DNA of 45,553 nt. It comes from Deferribacterales bacterium (GTDB lineage Bacteria; Chrysiogenota; Deferribacteres; Deferribacterales; Geovibrionaceae). Positions 8,995 through 18,430 of this stretch are shown here, in pieces. A model generated the notes under the pieces. It searched no databases and was not told the DNA's origin. It saw nothing but the letters and a program-made list of their open reading frames with translations. A program made the position numbers and the translations under genes. Numbering within the stretch: the stretch's first letter is position 1; the number at the start of each line of letters is the position of its first letter. The DNA is taken from positions 1 to 45,553 of the forward strand of contig JBFWJG010000014.1 in assembly GCA_050253335.1 (NCBI GenBank), written 5' to 3'.

Positions 8995-9053
8995 TTGACA
9001 ATAGATTTTACTTATTATACTAGAAGACTATTATTTAGTTAGTTAATTCTAAA
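8995..9053 (+). promoter_or_regulatory. Putative promoter and operator of the TonB-receptor operon
   Basis: TTGACA at 8995-9000 and TATACT at 9016-9021 (short 15-nt spacer); TTAG-N6-CTAA at 9039-9052. Confidence 0.45.
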
Positions 9054-9119
9054 ATTGTTCTGAGGATCTCCGAGTCCCTTTTAGCTTATGCTTCACACTA
9101 TCTTTTGGAGGTTTTCTGA

Positions 9120-12100
9120 ATGAGGAAATTAATTACTCTTTTATCAGCCCTTTCCCTGTTTATCACAGCCGGATGCGGCGGAAGTTCCGGCGGCGGAAGC
9201 GGCGGCTCCGTTGACGACGGCGGAAGCGCAACCCGCACCATATCAGGCATAGTAACCGACCCTGCCATCAGAGGGGCACAGGTCGAGATAAGACAGCTCT
9301 CCGGTGATGCGCTTGTGAATATATGCGGAACCGCGGGCAATCTTCTCTGCCGCACATTCAGCAATGATGAGGGGGGATTTTCATTTATTGTTCCCTCTTC
9401 TTTCGACTTTTCACTTTACTATGTGCAGACGCACGGCGGAGTGGACACCGAAACAGGCATCAGCTTTGAATCAATAAGCCTGAGAGCACCTCTTAACGCA
9501 TTCAGCGGGAACGCAGAGGAGGTGGTTGTTTCACCCCTTACTTCACTTATCTCCTCAAACCTTTCCTCAGTGACCTCAAGGATGAGCCAAAGCGAGATCG
9601 AATCGGCAATAAGCGCGATAAGAGAATCGTTCGGCTTTTCAGCGGATACGGACATTCTCTCTGATCCTTCCCTTGAGCCTGAACTGCTCCACGCTTCTTA
9701 CCTGCTGGTTAAAATTGCTGCGCAGTATCGTGATTTCAGCGTCACTTACGGCGGCGGAGAGGAAAACCCCTTTGACGCCATTGTGAGAGCGGTTGAAAAC
9801 GGAGAGTTTGTAACCGAAGGCGGAGAGTTCACGGCGGGGGCGCTTGATCAGGTTTTTGCGGAGTTTACCTCCGCCCCGTCTTATGCTGAGGCTAAGCAGG
9901 AGCTTGAGGATACGCTGACTCTTCTCGCCGGACTCAGCGGAGAAGGCAATATCATCGAGGAACTTGTATCCGCCGAAAAAAGCTCGCTTTTCAGGAGAGC
10001 AGTCTCAAGTCTTATAACCAACCTGCCCGACAATGTTTCAGCCGTGTATATTGAGAATGTGGACAAGCTCCTCGAAGGGCTTGAAGAAACAGCGGAAACA
10101 TCTCTTTCTCTGGAAAGCTTCGGGATTTATCAGGCTGTGAGATTTGTTCTCTTCAGCGATGCTTTTTTTGAGGATTACAACAACTATATTTCATCAGATT
10201 TTGATACGGCTCTTGCATCCCTGCTTGCTGCGGACGGCTTTTCGGACGCCCTCGGAATAGTCATGAATGAGGGTGATGTTCATCTTGTCAATGTTCCCCT
10301 TGCCGCGGCAGACCTGCCCGGAGACAACAATACCCTCAGGGCAAACTACTATTTCAATTCAAGCATCGACAGGAATTATCTGGCAAGAAAACTCATCAGC
10401 AAGGTTTTTGATGATGAGATAAATGATGAGATTTATCTGGAAGTTATTTACTCCTATGCATCTTACGGAATGCTGGAGAAGGCAAAAAGAACCGCGGATG
10501 CCTTCCTTGTCAAATCTTTCAGCAAGGCGTCTGCCTACAGGTATATCGGCAAGTTCACCAGAGTTTACGGAACCGCAGATGCGGCTTACCTGCTGCTTAA
10601 ATCCGCGGAGGATATTGTATCTGCCGTCTACTCTGCAAGGGGTGACGGTGTGCTCACTTCTGACGAGGCGAATGAACTGATACTCTTATCAACGGAATAT
10701 GCTTTTTTAAACAAGCAGGATGAATCGCAGAGGCTGAAGGAATGGCTGGCTGCCGAAATTGCAAATATTACTAATGAAAGCACGAGAAAAACCGCTCACG
10801 GCCGTCTGCTTACCGCTCAGTGGCACGCTGCTGAGACTCTTGTTGACTCAAATGATTCCCGTGCCGAAGACGCAGTAGACTATTTTGTTGAGCTGATCGA
10901 GGGGCAGTATCCCAACACCACCCCCGGCAGGAGATACTCCATTCACCTTGTTTACTATGCGTATGCTTCAGAGATGTACAGAGCTCTGGGACTTGCGGAG
11001 AAGGTGAAGAATCTTTTTACTGAAAATATAGACCCTCTCAGGGTTCTGGATCAGGCGGAAGAAGGCGTTCAGTGGCAGCTCTATTATGACAGCATCCTCA
11101 GCGACCTTTACTGGAGCGGCGAAACCGAAGCGGCGGTCGCCGTTCTTGACACTCTTACGACAGCGTCCGCAATCAAAAGCACTGTCAAGGCAATTGCCGT
11201 AACAATGGCTTTTGAAGAAGGCTTTGAGGCTGCTTCGGAGTTTTTTGAAAGAAAAATACCTTTGGGGGATACTTTCTCCGCAATAGGCGATTACATGGAC
11301 TCATGGGTTTATCTCGGGGTGAACAAATCCAATCCCGGGGTAGCGCTGGCCGCAGTGGAAGCGGACAACGAAACCCTCGCCCTTCAGGCGCTTGATTACA
11401 TGGAAGGTAAACTTGATTCGCTGAAAGCATACATCGACAGCAACAGCATAAGCTACAACACATGGCTGACGATGACCGTTGCAGGCAACAGGGATGCGGA
11501 AGCAGGCTATGTGAAGCTGGCGGAAGTTTATATTGCGATGAACAACACTTCAAAAGCAGAGGAGCTTCTTCAGAAAGCGGAAGACTTCACTGATGCGGCA
11601 GCAGATTCCCTTAACAAGGCATACGGATATTCCAGAATCGGGATTGCTTACGATAAACTGAACAACGCCTCCAAGACTGCATCCCTTCTGGCGAAAGCGG
11701 GAACGGTAGCCACCGATAATTTTACTCCGGCGGTTTTTTACGCCTTCCATATCTGCATCGCGGATAATTATAACCTTCTGGGGGACAAAGCAAACATGGA
11801 ACTCAGCCTTGACGCTGCGGCGGGCTGGGCAGAAGATGTCCACACCGCAGGTACAGCGGACGATACCAACGCCACAGCGGAATCAAGCTATTTCAGAGCT
11901 CTGGCAATGAGGTACTACACCGTTCCTGATATTGAAAAAGCAAAAAATATGCTTCTGGCGGCGGAAAGCGTTTCTGCGGATATCGCGAGCGCTTCGAAAA
12001 GAACTACCGAAAGAAAAAGCATTGTTCTGGTATATGCCGCTCTCGGTCTTGTGGAACTTGCTTATGAGAAAGCCGCAGTGCTTCTTCCAACCGCTGCGGA

Positions 12101-12326
12101 CCGTAATGACTCCATACTGGATATTGCGGGGACTGTGACATTAGCCACTGATTTCCCGGCTTCAACAATTGCTTTTGTGGATACGGACAAGGACGGCAAG
12201 CCGGATTTCTTCCTGCCTTCGGCCTCTCCGGCGGAAATAGCCGCTTCCGGTCTTGAGCTTGACGATGATTCTGACGGCGATGGGAAGCCTGATGCCGCTG
12301 ACGCCACGCCGTTTTATGCGGATTAG
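9120..12326 (+). CDS. Large lipoprotein with helical-repeat body and C-terminal DxDxDG Ca-binding-type motifs
   Basis: Lipobox ITAG-C at residue 19, Gly/Ser linker, TPR-like Ala-rich helices, and DTDKDGKPD and DDDSDGDGKPD at the C-terminus. GGAGG RBS. Confidence 0.8.
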   Translation: MRKLITLLSALSLFITAGCGGSSGGGSGGSVDDGGSATRTISGIVTDPAIRGAQVEIRQLSGDALVNICGTAGNLLCRTFSNDEGGFSFIVPSSFDFSLYYVQTHGGVDTETGISFESISLRAPLNAFSGNAEEVVVSPLTSLISSNLSSVTSRMSQSEIESAISAIRESFGFSADTDILSDPSLEPELLHASYLLVKIAAQYRDFSVTYGGGEENPFDAIVRAVENGEFVTEGGEFTAGALDQVFAEFTSAPSYAEAKQELEDTLTLLAGLSGEGNIIEELVSAEKSSLFRRAVSSLITNLPDNVSAVYIENVDKLLEGLEETAETSLSLESFGIYQAVRFVLFSDAFFEDYNNYISSDFDTALASLLAADGFSDALGIVMNEGDVHLVNVPLAAADLPGDNNTLRANYYFNSSIDRNYLARKLISKVFDDEINDEIYLEVIYSYASYGMLEKAKRTADAFLVKSFSKASAYRYIGKFTRVYGTADAAYLLLKSAEDIVSAVYSARGDGVLTSDEANELILLSTEYAFLNKQDESQRLKEWLAAEIANITNESTRKTAHGRLLTAQWHAAETLVDSNDSRAEDAVDYFVELIEGQYPNTTPGRRYSIHLVYYAYASEMYRALGLAEKVKNLFTENIDPLRVLDQAEEGVQWQLYYDSILSDLYWSGETEAAVAVLDTLTTASAIKSTVKAIAVTMAFEEGFEAASEFFERKIPLGDTFSAIGDYMDSWVYLGVNKSNPGVALAAVEADNETLALQALDYMEGKLDSLKAYIDSNSISYNTWLTMTVAGNRDAEAGYVKLAEVYIAMNNTSKAEELLQKAEDFTDAAADSLNKAYGYSRIGIAYDKLNNASKTASLLAKAGTVATDNFTPAVFYAFHICIADNYNLLGDKANMELSLDAAAGWAEDVHTAGTADDTNATAESSYFRALAMRYYTVPDIEKAKNMLLAAESVSADIASASKRTTERKSIVLVYAALGLVELAYEKAAVLLPTAADRNDSILDIAGTVTLATDFPASTIAFVDTDKDGKPDFFLPSASPAEIAASGLELDDDSDGDGKPDAADATPFYAD

Positions 12327-12332
12327 CCTGCG

Positions 12333-14870
12333 ATGAGTAAGATGGCTAAAATCAGAAATATTATAAAGAGAGCCGCTTATGCGGCTCTCGCCTTTCAGTT
12401 TATCTGTTGCACAGCTTATGCGGCGGACAACATAAGCGATGCGGATGTATTTGTGCTTGATGATGTTGATGTTGTTGAATCATACAAAGAACTCAATAAA
12501 TCAGGCAGAACAGAGATTCCCCGTGAGTACATAGAAAACCTTCCGCAGGGCAACTCAAATATAACGGATCTGCTCCGGATGGCTCCTTCCGTCCAGTTCA
12601 GCGAATCTCACAGAAGCTCTTTGACCGGAGGGGAGATAGCTCCGGAGGAGATGTCCATTTCCGGCGGCAAGACATATCAGAACCTGTTCATGGTGGACGG
12701 AATAAACAACACGAGCATTCTGGATCCTGCCGGCTTCACCCCGTTCGGCAGTAACAGCTTAGGAGGACATTCCCAGAAGCTTTTTGTTAATTCGTCCATC
12801 GTTGACTCAATGACGCTTTACGACAGCAATATTCCTGCCTCATTCGGCGGATTCATGGGAGGGGTTGTAGATATAAAAACCAGGATGCCTGAGAAGGAGT
12901 TCGGCGGAAGCATATCATACCGTACAACCCGTTCAGAATGGGCGGAGATTTTTTTTGAAGGCACGCCGGAGGACAAGTATAAGTTCGAAAACTCCGGAGT
13001 TTATACAAAACAGCCTAAGTTTGAGAAGCATTTTTATGATTTGTCATTGGATGTTCCTGTTACGGATAACACGGGCTTCCTTGTTTTCTACAGCAGAAGC
13101 GAATCCACGATCCCGCTGAAGTCATTCGACAAATGGAAGGAACAGTGGAGAAAAAGCGAGAACCTGTTTATCAAAGGTGTTCATAATATTGACGGTTCAA
13201 GCTATCTGGAACTGACAACGTCATACTCCCCGTATGAGAGCAGATACCACCTGCCGGACACTATGAACAGCGAGCTGAACATAAAATCAGGCGGTTTGAG
13301 CGGAATCCTGAAGTATGTTCAGGAAGAGGGGGACAGCAGGCTGGTTTTGAGTCTGGATGCCTCCGCTACGGAAACCTCAAGAACTGCTCCGAACGAGTAT
13401 AAAAAATGGATCGCCAGCGGAAGCAAACCCTGGGGGTATCTGCTCGAACCGGATACTGACGACGACGGCAATCCTGACAATATTACAGCCGGAGTCAGTG
13501 CCGAGGGAGGCTTCGGAAGTCTTGAGCAGGAAGAGAATGCGGTTAACCTGAAGCTCGATCACACTGTAGGCCGGTTTAAGCTGAGCGGCGACCACGTTAT
13601 TTCTTACGGAGCCGTGTATTCTTATATTTCAGGCACTTATAACAGAAGTGAAAATGCGTATTCCTACATCGAAGGCCGACTGAACGCTGATGTCGTATGC
13701 AATGGCGATACGGGAACATGCGTTGACGGAGAGCAGTATTTTTATCAGCGAAGCATTACTCCTGCTTCTTATATCGAAGCCGAGATAAATGAATATCACT
13801 TTTATGCAGAAGATGACTGGGCGTTCGGGAAATTCAATTTCAGGGGCGGTGTCAGGGTGTCTTATGATGATTATATGAGCAATCTGAACGCGGCACCGAG
13901 AACCAGACTTAAATATGATGTTTTCGGAGATAATTCAACAACTCTCAGTGCGGGTTATAACAGGTATTACAGTTCAAATCTTCTGAAGAATAAGCTGCAG
14001 GAAGGGATGCTGCCCGAATATGATGAACGCAGAAGCACATACCTGAACGTTCTGCAGGAATGGGGGCCTTCAAGCGGAGGCACAGAAACGGTTTATAACT
14101 TTTCGGATCTGAAAACTCCGTATACGGATGAATACGCGGCGGCGGTTGATCAGGAATTTCTGGGCGGAATAGTGAGCCTTCAGTATATCGACAGAAGGGG
14201 AAAAGACGAGTTCGCCAATGAAAAAACCAAAACGCTGGCGGACGGATACAGCCACTATACCCTTAATAATAAAGGCAGGAGCAAGTACAGGACAGTTCAG
14301 CTGAAGTGGAACAGGTTCTGGAAAAACCACAGCCTCATGATGAATGCCATGTGGCAGGATGCATCAACATCAAACCACACCTACGATGAAGACGGACTTG
14401 AGGACATGGATGATGAAATACTCTACAAGGGCAGGCTCATCAAGCGCTATGACAAGCCTAAGAGCAACTACAACCGCCCCATTGTCGCCAATATAGCCTA
14501 CACAGGCAGATTTTTTGAAAGACTTGTTATTTCACCGGTTTTCAACTTCAGGGGAGCTTACAGAAAAATAGTTCTGGAGGATGAGGATTACTATGTCGGT
14601 CAGACCGGACAGACGGATCCCGTGACAGGGGAACCTATATACAAATATGTAAACAGATATGAAGAGGAAAAAATGAAAGCTTCCTATACTTTAGACTGCT
14701 CGGTATCCTGGGAGCAGCCGCTGAAGCGCAGGCAGAAGCTGACTGCAACCGTTGAAGTCACCAATGTTTTCAATGCGAAGAATGAAGCGGGTCAGAGCAG
14801 TTCCGACGAGAGAAAGAAGTATTACGAGATCGGCCGTCAGTTCTGGGCAGGGGTGGCTTATGAATTCTGA
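12333..14870 (+). CDS. TonB-dependent outer membrane receptor, YddB/FusA-like
   Basis: Signal peptide and TonB-box-like LDDVDV. The plug GEIAPEEMSISGGKTYQNLFMVDG..N resembles YddB/FusA. Also FGGFMGGVVD, a Cys pair in a loop, and C-terminal GRQFWAGVAYEF. Confidence 0.9.
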   Translation: MSKMAKIRNIIKRAAYAALAFQFICCTAYAADNISDADVFVLDDVDVVESYKELNKSGRTEIPREYIENLPQGNSNITDLLRMAPSVQFSESHRSSLTGGEIAPEEMSISGGKTYQNLFMVDGINNTSILDPAGFTPFGSNSLGGHSQKLFVNSSIVDSMTLYDSNIPASFGGFMGGVVDIKTRMPEKEFGGSISYRTTRSEWAEIFFEGTPEDKYKFENSGVYTKQPKFEKHFYDLSLDVPVTDNTGFLVFYSRSESTIPLKSFDKWKEQWRKSENLFIKGVHNIDGSSYLELTTSYSPYESRYHLPDTMNSELNIKSGGLSGILKYVQEEGDSRLVLSLDASATETSRTAPNEYKKWIASGSKPWGYLLEPDTDDDGNPDNITAGVSAEGGFGSLEQEENAVNLKLDHTVGRFKLSGDHVISYGAVYSYISGTYNRSENAYSYIEGRLNADVVCNGDTGTCVDGEQYFYQRSITPASYIEAEINEYHFYAEDDWAFGKFNFRGGVRVSYDDYMSNLNAAPRTRLKYDVFGDNSTTLSAGYNRYYSSNLLKNKLQEGMLPEYDERRSTYLNVLQEWGPSSGGTETVYNFSDLKTPYTDEYAAAVDQEFLGGIVSLQYIDRRGKDEFANEKTKTLADGYSHYTLNNKGRSKYRTVQLKWNRFWKNHSLMMNAMWQDASTSNHTYDEDGLEDMDDEILYKGRLIKRYDKPKSNYNRPIVANIAYTGRFFERLVISPVFNFRGAYRKIVLEDEDYYVGQTGQTDPVTGEPIYKYVNRYEEEKMKASYTLDCSVSWEQPLKRRQKLTATVEVTNVFNAKNEAGQSSSDERKKYYEIGRQFWAGVAYEF

Positions 14871-15753
14871 TAAGATCATAAGCATAGAGAACCTTGAACA
14901 CTCCTACGGGAAGAACAAAGTGCTCCACGGAATAAACTTCACCGTTGAAAAGGGGAAAACTTTCGGTCTCCTCGGCAAGAACGGCGCAGGGAAGACGACC
15001 ACCATCAACATAATGATGGGTTTTCTCGCACCGGACAAGGGGAAGTGCCTTGTTCTGGGTGAGGCTGCGCACAGTCTTTCACCGGAAGGAAAAAGGCGCA
15101 TAGGTCTACTGCATGAGGGGCATCTGTGCTACGAGTTCATGAGCATAGACCAGACGGAAAAGTTTTATAAAAGCTTTTATCCCCAATGGGATGCAGAAAT
15201 TTTTGACTATCTCGTGAAAAAGCTCGGCCTCAGGAGCGGGCACAAGATAAAGCATATGTCCTGCGGTCAGCGTTCTCAGGTGGCTCTGGCTGTTCTTATG
15301 GCGCAGAACGCGGATGTGCTGATACTGGATGATTTCTCCATGGGGCTTGATGCCGGCTACCGCAGACTGTTCCTTGATCATCTGAACTTCTATGTGAAGG
15401 AGAGAAAAAAGACAGTCCTTATAACATCCCACATTGTTCAGGATCTGGAAAGGTTTGTGGATGATGCGCTGATAATAGACAAGGGAAGGGTGCTGCGCTC
15501 CGCTCCGCTCAGCGAACTGAAAGACGGGCTCTACGGCTACAGGGTAAAATGCGCTCAGGATCTGAGCCCGCTGGAAAAAGAGGCGGAAATACGCGATGTT
15601 TCCCACACCAGCGCGGGCTATGAGATAATAGCGGACATTCCCCCTAAGGACGCTCCCGCTTACTTCGCTTCAAAAACCGGAGCGGATATTAATCCCGAAT
15701 ATTTTGACATAACTCTGGAAGACGCGTTCATCGCGCTTACCGGAAAGTATTAG
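14860..15753 (+). CDS. ABC transporter ATP-binding protein (atypical signature and Walker B)
   Basis: Walker A GKNGAGKTT, signature MSCGQ, Walker B LILDD, H-loop SH. ATG 14860 overlaps the receptor stop; the ORF track over-extends to 14752. Confidence 0.9.
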   Translation: MNSDKIISIENLEHSYGKNKVLHGINFTVEKGKTFGLLGKNGAGKTTTINIMMGFLAPDKGKCLVLGEAAHSLSPEGKRRIGLLHEGHLCYEFMSIDQTEKFYKSFYPQWDAEIFDYLVKKLGLRSGHKIKHMSCGQRSQVALAVLMAQNADVLILDDFSMGLDAGYRRLFLDHLNFYVKERKKTVLITSHIVQDLERFVDDALIIDKGRVLRSAPLSELKDGLYGYRVKCAQDLSPLEKEAEIRDVSHTSAGYEIIADIPPKDAPAYFASKTGADINPEYFDITLEDAFIALTGKY

Positions 15754-15763
15754 GTAATTTTCA

Positions 15764-16426
15764 ATGATTAGGCAGATCTGGATCAAAGAGTTCATTAAAC
15801 TGAATAAAGTTATTTTTGCCGTATTTCTGGCGAACGCCGGACTTGCGGTGTATTTCTGGCTGAGGCTGAGGGGCGGATTTTCCATGATGAATCCGGTCAT
15901 GATATGGTCGGATATAATCGACAAGCACAGCTTCTATTTCGGCAGGTTTGAGGTTCCTATCCTCGTTTCCGCCATAGCCTTGGGGATAATGCAGTTTTAC
16001 CCCGAGACAGAGAAGAAGCGCTTCCGCATATCCTGCCACCTTCCTTTGAACGAAAACGCCATGACGGCGGGGATGCTCTCCTTCGGAATTGTTGTTATCA
16101 GCGCTGTGTGGCTGTTTGATGCGGCCTCGGTTTACTTTGTTTCAAAAGCGTATTTCCCCTATGAAATATACTCGGAAGCACCCGTGATCATGCTCTACTG
16201 GTATCTGAAAGCGGTGGTGATATACATCTTTGTTTCCGCATTCACCCTTGAGCCTGTCTGGAAGCAGAAACTCAAGCTGGGCATAATGCTGGGAGCGTTC
16301 AGCGGTTTTTTCGCTGTTTCGGTCTACAACTCAGACAGAGGCGTGCTTCTCCTGTCCGTTATGTTTGCTGTGATGTTCGTTCCGGTGCTTTTCTATCCTG
16401 CGCTCAGATTCAGGAAGGGAGCGTAA
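15764..16426 (+). CDS. ABC-2-like membrane subunit
   Basis: N-terminal WIKEFIK, about 6 TM segments and HLPL; directly follows the ATPase. Confidence 0.7.
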   Translation: MIRQIWIKEFIKLNKVIFAVFLANAGLAVYFWLRLRGGFSMMNPVMIWSDIIDKHSFYFGRFEVPILVSAIALGIMQFYPETEKKRFRISCHLPLNENAMTAGMLSFGIVVISAVWLFDAASVYFVSKAYFPYEIYSEAPVIMLYWYLKAVVIYIFVSAFTLEPVWKQKLKLGIMLGAFSGFFAVSVYNSDRGVLLLSVMFAVMFVPVLFYPALRFRKGA

Positions 16427-16427
16427 G

Positions 16428-17684
16428 ATGAAGCTTTTATCAAGATACCTCCTCCTCATGGCCGCGGTGATTTCGTTCAGCAGCCTTATCCCTTTTCTCT
16501 ACACGGTAACGTTCGGAAAAAGGGCTGAAAGACCTGCAATCTTCTACAGCAAGGTGATTGAGGACATAGTCTACAGCCTTGAGGACAGGTCAGGCTCAAG
16601 AAAATATTATGACGGCGCAGGCAATGAATACAGCGCGCGTGAATACACAAAGCTTATCCCCTTCATACAGTTCAGGGATCTTCAGAAATGGGGTATGTAC
16701 CCCGAAACTGTGGGCGGCCAGCATGTCTCGGAGGAGCAGGCGGCCAATGACAGGGACTTTGTGAATATCCACTCCTACTGGATAGACGGGGACAAGGTGA
16801 GGGTCAAGCTTTACCCGCTCTTTGAAGCGGAGAGCGACTTCACAAAAATAGAGATGCCCGCGGAGCTCTTCCGCATAACGTCCCGAATGGAGTTTATAAA
16901 CGGTGTCAGAAACGCCGTTGATGAGGAGAAGAGCACGCTGTTTACAAACGCGCTCAGGGATGCGGGCTTTGTTTTCCCTGCGGGAATGATTGCCGGAAAC
17001 CCGACAACGAGAAAGTCATACGACTTCGGCTACTTTGTTCAGGACGGCGCGGGGGATGTTTTTCACCTTATGCAGGTTAAAGGACAGCCGTTCGTAAAGA
17101 GAACAGATATAAAACCGGACGGTGAGATTCTCTATATCAAAGTCGCGGAAAATCATTATCTGCCTTATTACGGCTTCCTGATAACCTCGGACGGCGGCGT
17201 CTACCACATAATGAAGGAAGACTACGGCCTCAAAAAGCTTCCCGTGGAGAACTACAGACCCCTTGAGCAGATGTTCAGATATGTGAAGGATCCGCTGAAC
17301 ATGACAGTGAAAATTGCTGATGAAAACGGCGAGCATGTCTATGTGGCTGATAAGAACTACGGGTTTGAAAAGAAGTTCTTCTACCCGTATGAAGGAAGAA
17401 TAAGGGGAGCATTCAGAGCGGTTTACGACACTGTGTTCCCTTTCAGGATAAATACAAAACATCCGGACAAGTACGGCAGCTATCTGAACATGGATTTCAG
17501 TGACAGACCGCACGCCGCATTTATATTTTCCGCAGTTCTGGCGGTGCTTTATGCGGCGTTCAGGATTTTCGGCGGAACAAGGAACAGAGAACTGCCTTTT
17601 GACACCGCGCTTGTTCTTGCGGGCGGGATTTATGCTGTTGCCGCATTGCTGCTTTTGGACGGATTCGGGAGGAATAAAATATGA
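16428..17684 (+). CDS. DUF4857-like membrane-anchored periplasmic protein
   Basis: N-terminal TM, large soluble domain (YPLFE, GNPTTRKSYDFGYF) and two C-terminal TMs. The family call is from memory. Confidence 0.65.
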   Translation: MKLLSRYLLLMAAVISFSSLIPFLYTVTFGKRAERPAIFYSKVIEDIVYSLEDRSGSRKYYDGAGNEYSAREYTKLIPFIQFRDLQKWGMYPETVGGQHVSEEQAANDRDFVNIHSYWIDGDKVRVKLYPLFEAESDFTKIEMPAELFRITSRMEFINGVRNAVDEEKSTLFTNALRDAGFVFPAGMIAGNPTTRKSYDFGYFVQDGAGDVFHLMQVKGQPFVKRTDIKPDGEILYIKVAENHYLPYYGFLITSDGGVYHIMKEDYGLKKLPVENYRPLEQMFRYVKDPLNMTVKIADENGEHVYVADKNYGFEKKFFYPYEGRIRGAFRAVYDTVFPFRINTKHPDKYGSYLNMDFSDRPHAAFIFSAVLAVLYAAFRIFGGTRNRELPFDTALVLAGGIYAVAALLLLDGFGRNKI

Positions 17685-18430
17685 ACAAAGCCCTTATTGC
17701 CTTATGGGTAATGATCGCGGGGAGCGCTTACGCCGCTGATGCTGATAAGATTCTGGATTTGCAGAAGAATATCCATGACAAAAAGAGCGGCTTCTACTCT
17801 GAGAATGAAAAATGGCAGGAAGAGAAAATAAACCTTGAACAGCAGTACATACACCTCAAAAGAGCCGTTGCCGAGAAGGAGGCTTATCTGAAAAGCCTGA
17901 AATCCTCCGCAGAGGAGCTCAAAGCGGAAGCGGAAAGAAGCAGAGCTAGAATAGCCGAAGGACAGAAGCTGAAAACAGGTCTGGAAACTTCCCTTTCCTA
18001 CCTGCTTGAAAAACTCGGAGCGGAAGCCGCAGCGGGTGACGAGGCTGCGGTTCAGGAAAGGCGCGACCGCATAGAAGGCCTCATCGCTTTCATCGCCGCG
18101 CCGGATGTTCTCCCCGCTGAAAAAGTGCGCAGAGTAATGGAGGCGTACAAGGTGGAGGCCGACATGTCCAGATATGCTGAAATACGCACCATGAGCGTTA
18201 ATGTGAACAGTGAGATCCTCAACGGCTATGTACTTCGCACAGGCGGTCTTGCGGCCTTTTTCACAACGCCGGACGGAACAACGGCGGCATTCTTCAACCC
18301 CTCCTCAGGGCAGTTTGAAAGGCTTGATTCAAAATATTCAGGAGAGGTCATCATAGCGGGTGAACTGGTTAACAGAAAAAGGATGCCCGCCCTCGTGACT
18401 CTTCCCGTGGGGAGGATAGAAGTAAAATGA
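17681..18430 (+). CDS. DUF3450 / TtpB-like periplasmic coiled-coil protein of TonB2-type systems
   Basis: Signal peptide, coiled coil, AEKVRRVMEAYKVE, LRTG and LVTLP; immediately upstream of the large ExbB homolog. Confidence 0.75.
   Translation: MNKALIALWVMIAGSAYAADADKILDLQKNIHDKKSGFYSENEKWQEEKINLEQQYIHLKRAVAEKEAYLKSLKSSAEELKAEAERSRARIAEGQKLKTGLETSLSYLLEKLGAEAAAGDEAAVQERRDRIEGLIAFIAAPDVLPAEKVRRVMEAYKVEADMSRYAEIRTMSVNVNSEILNGYVLRTGGLAAFFTTPDGTTAAFFNPSSGQFERLDSKYSGEVIIAGELVNRKRMPALVTLPVGRIEVK

Noticed and set aside
9172..9230. GGCGG-rich short repeats at the start of the lipoprotein gene
   Set aside because: They simply encode the Gly/Ser tether and are not an independent repeat element.
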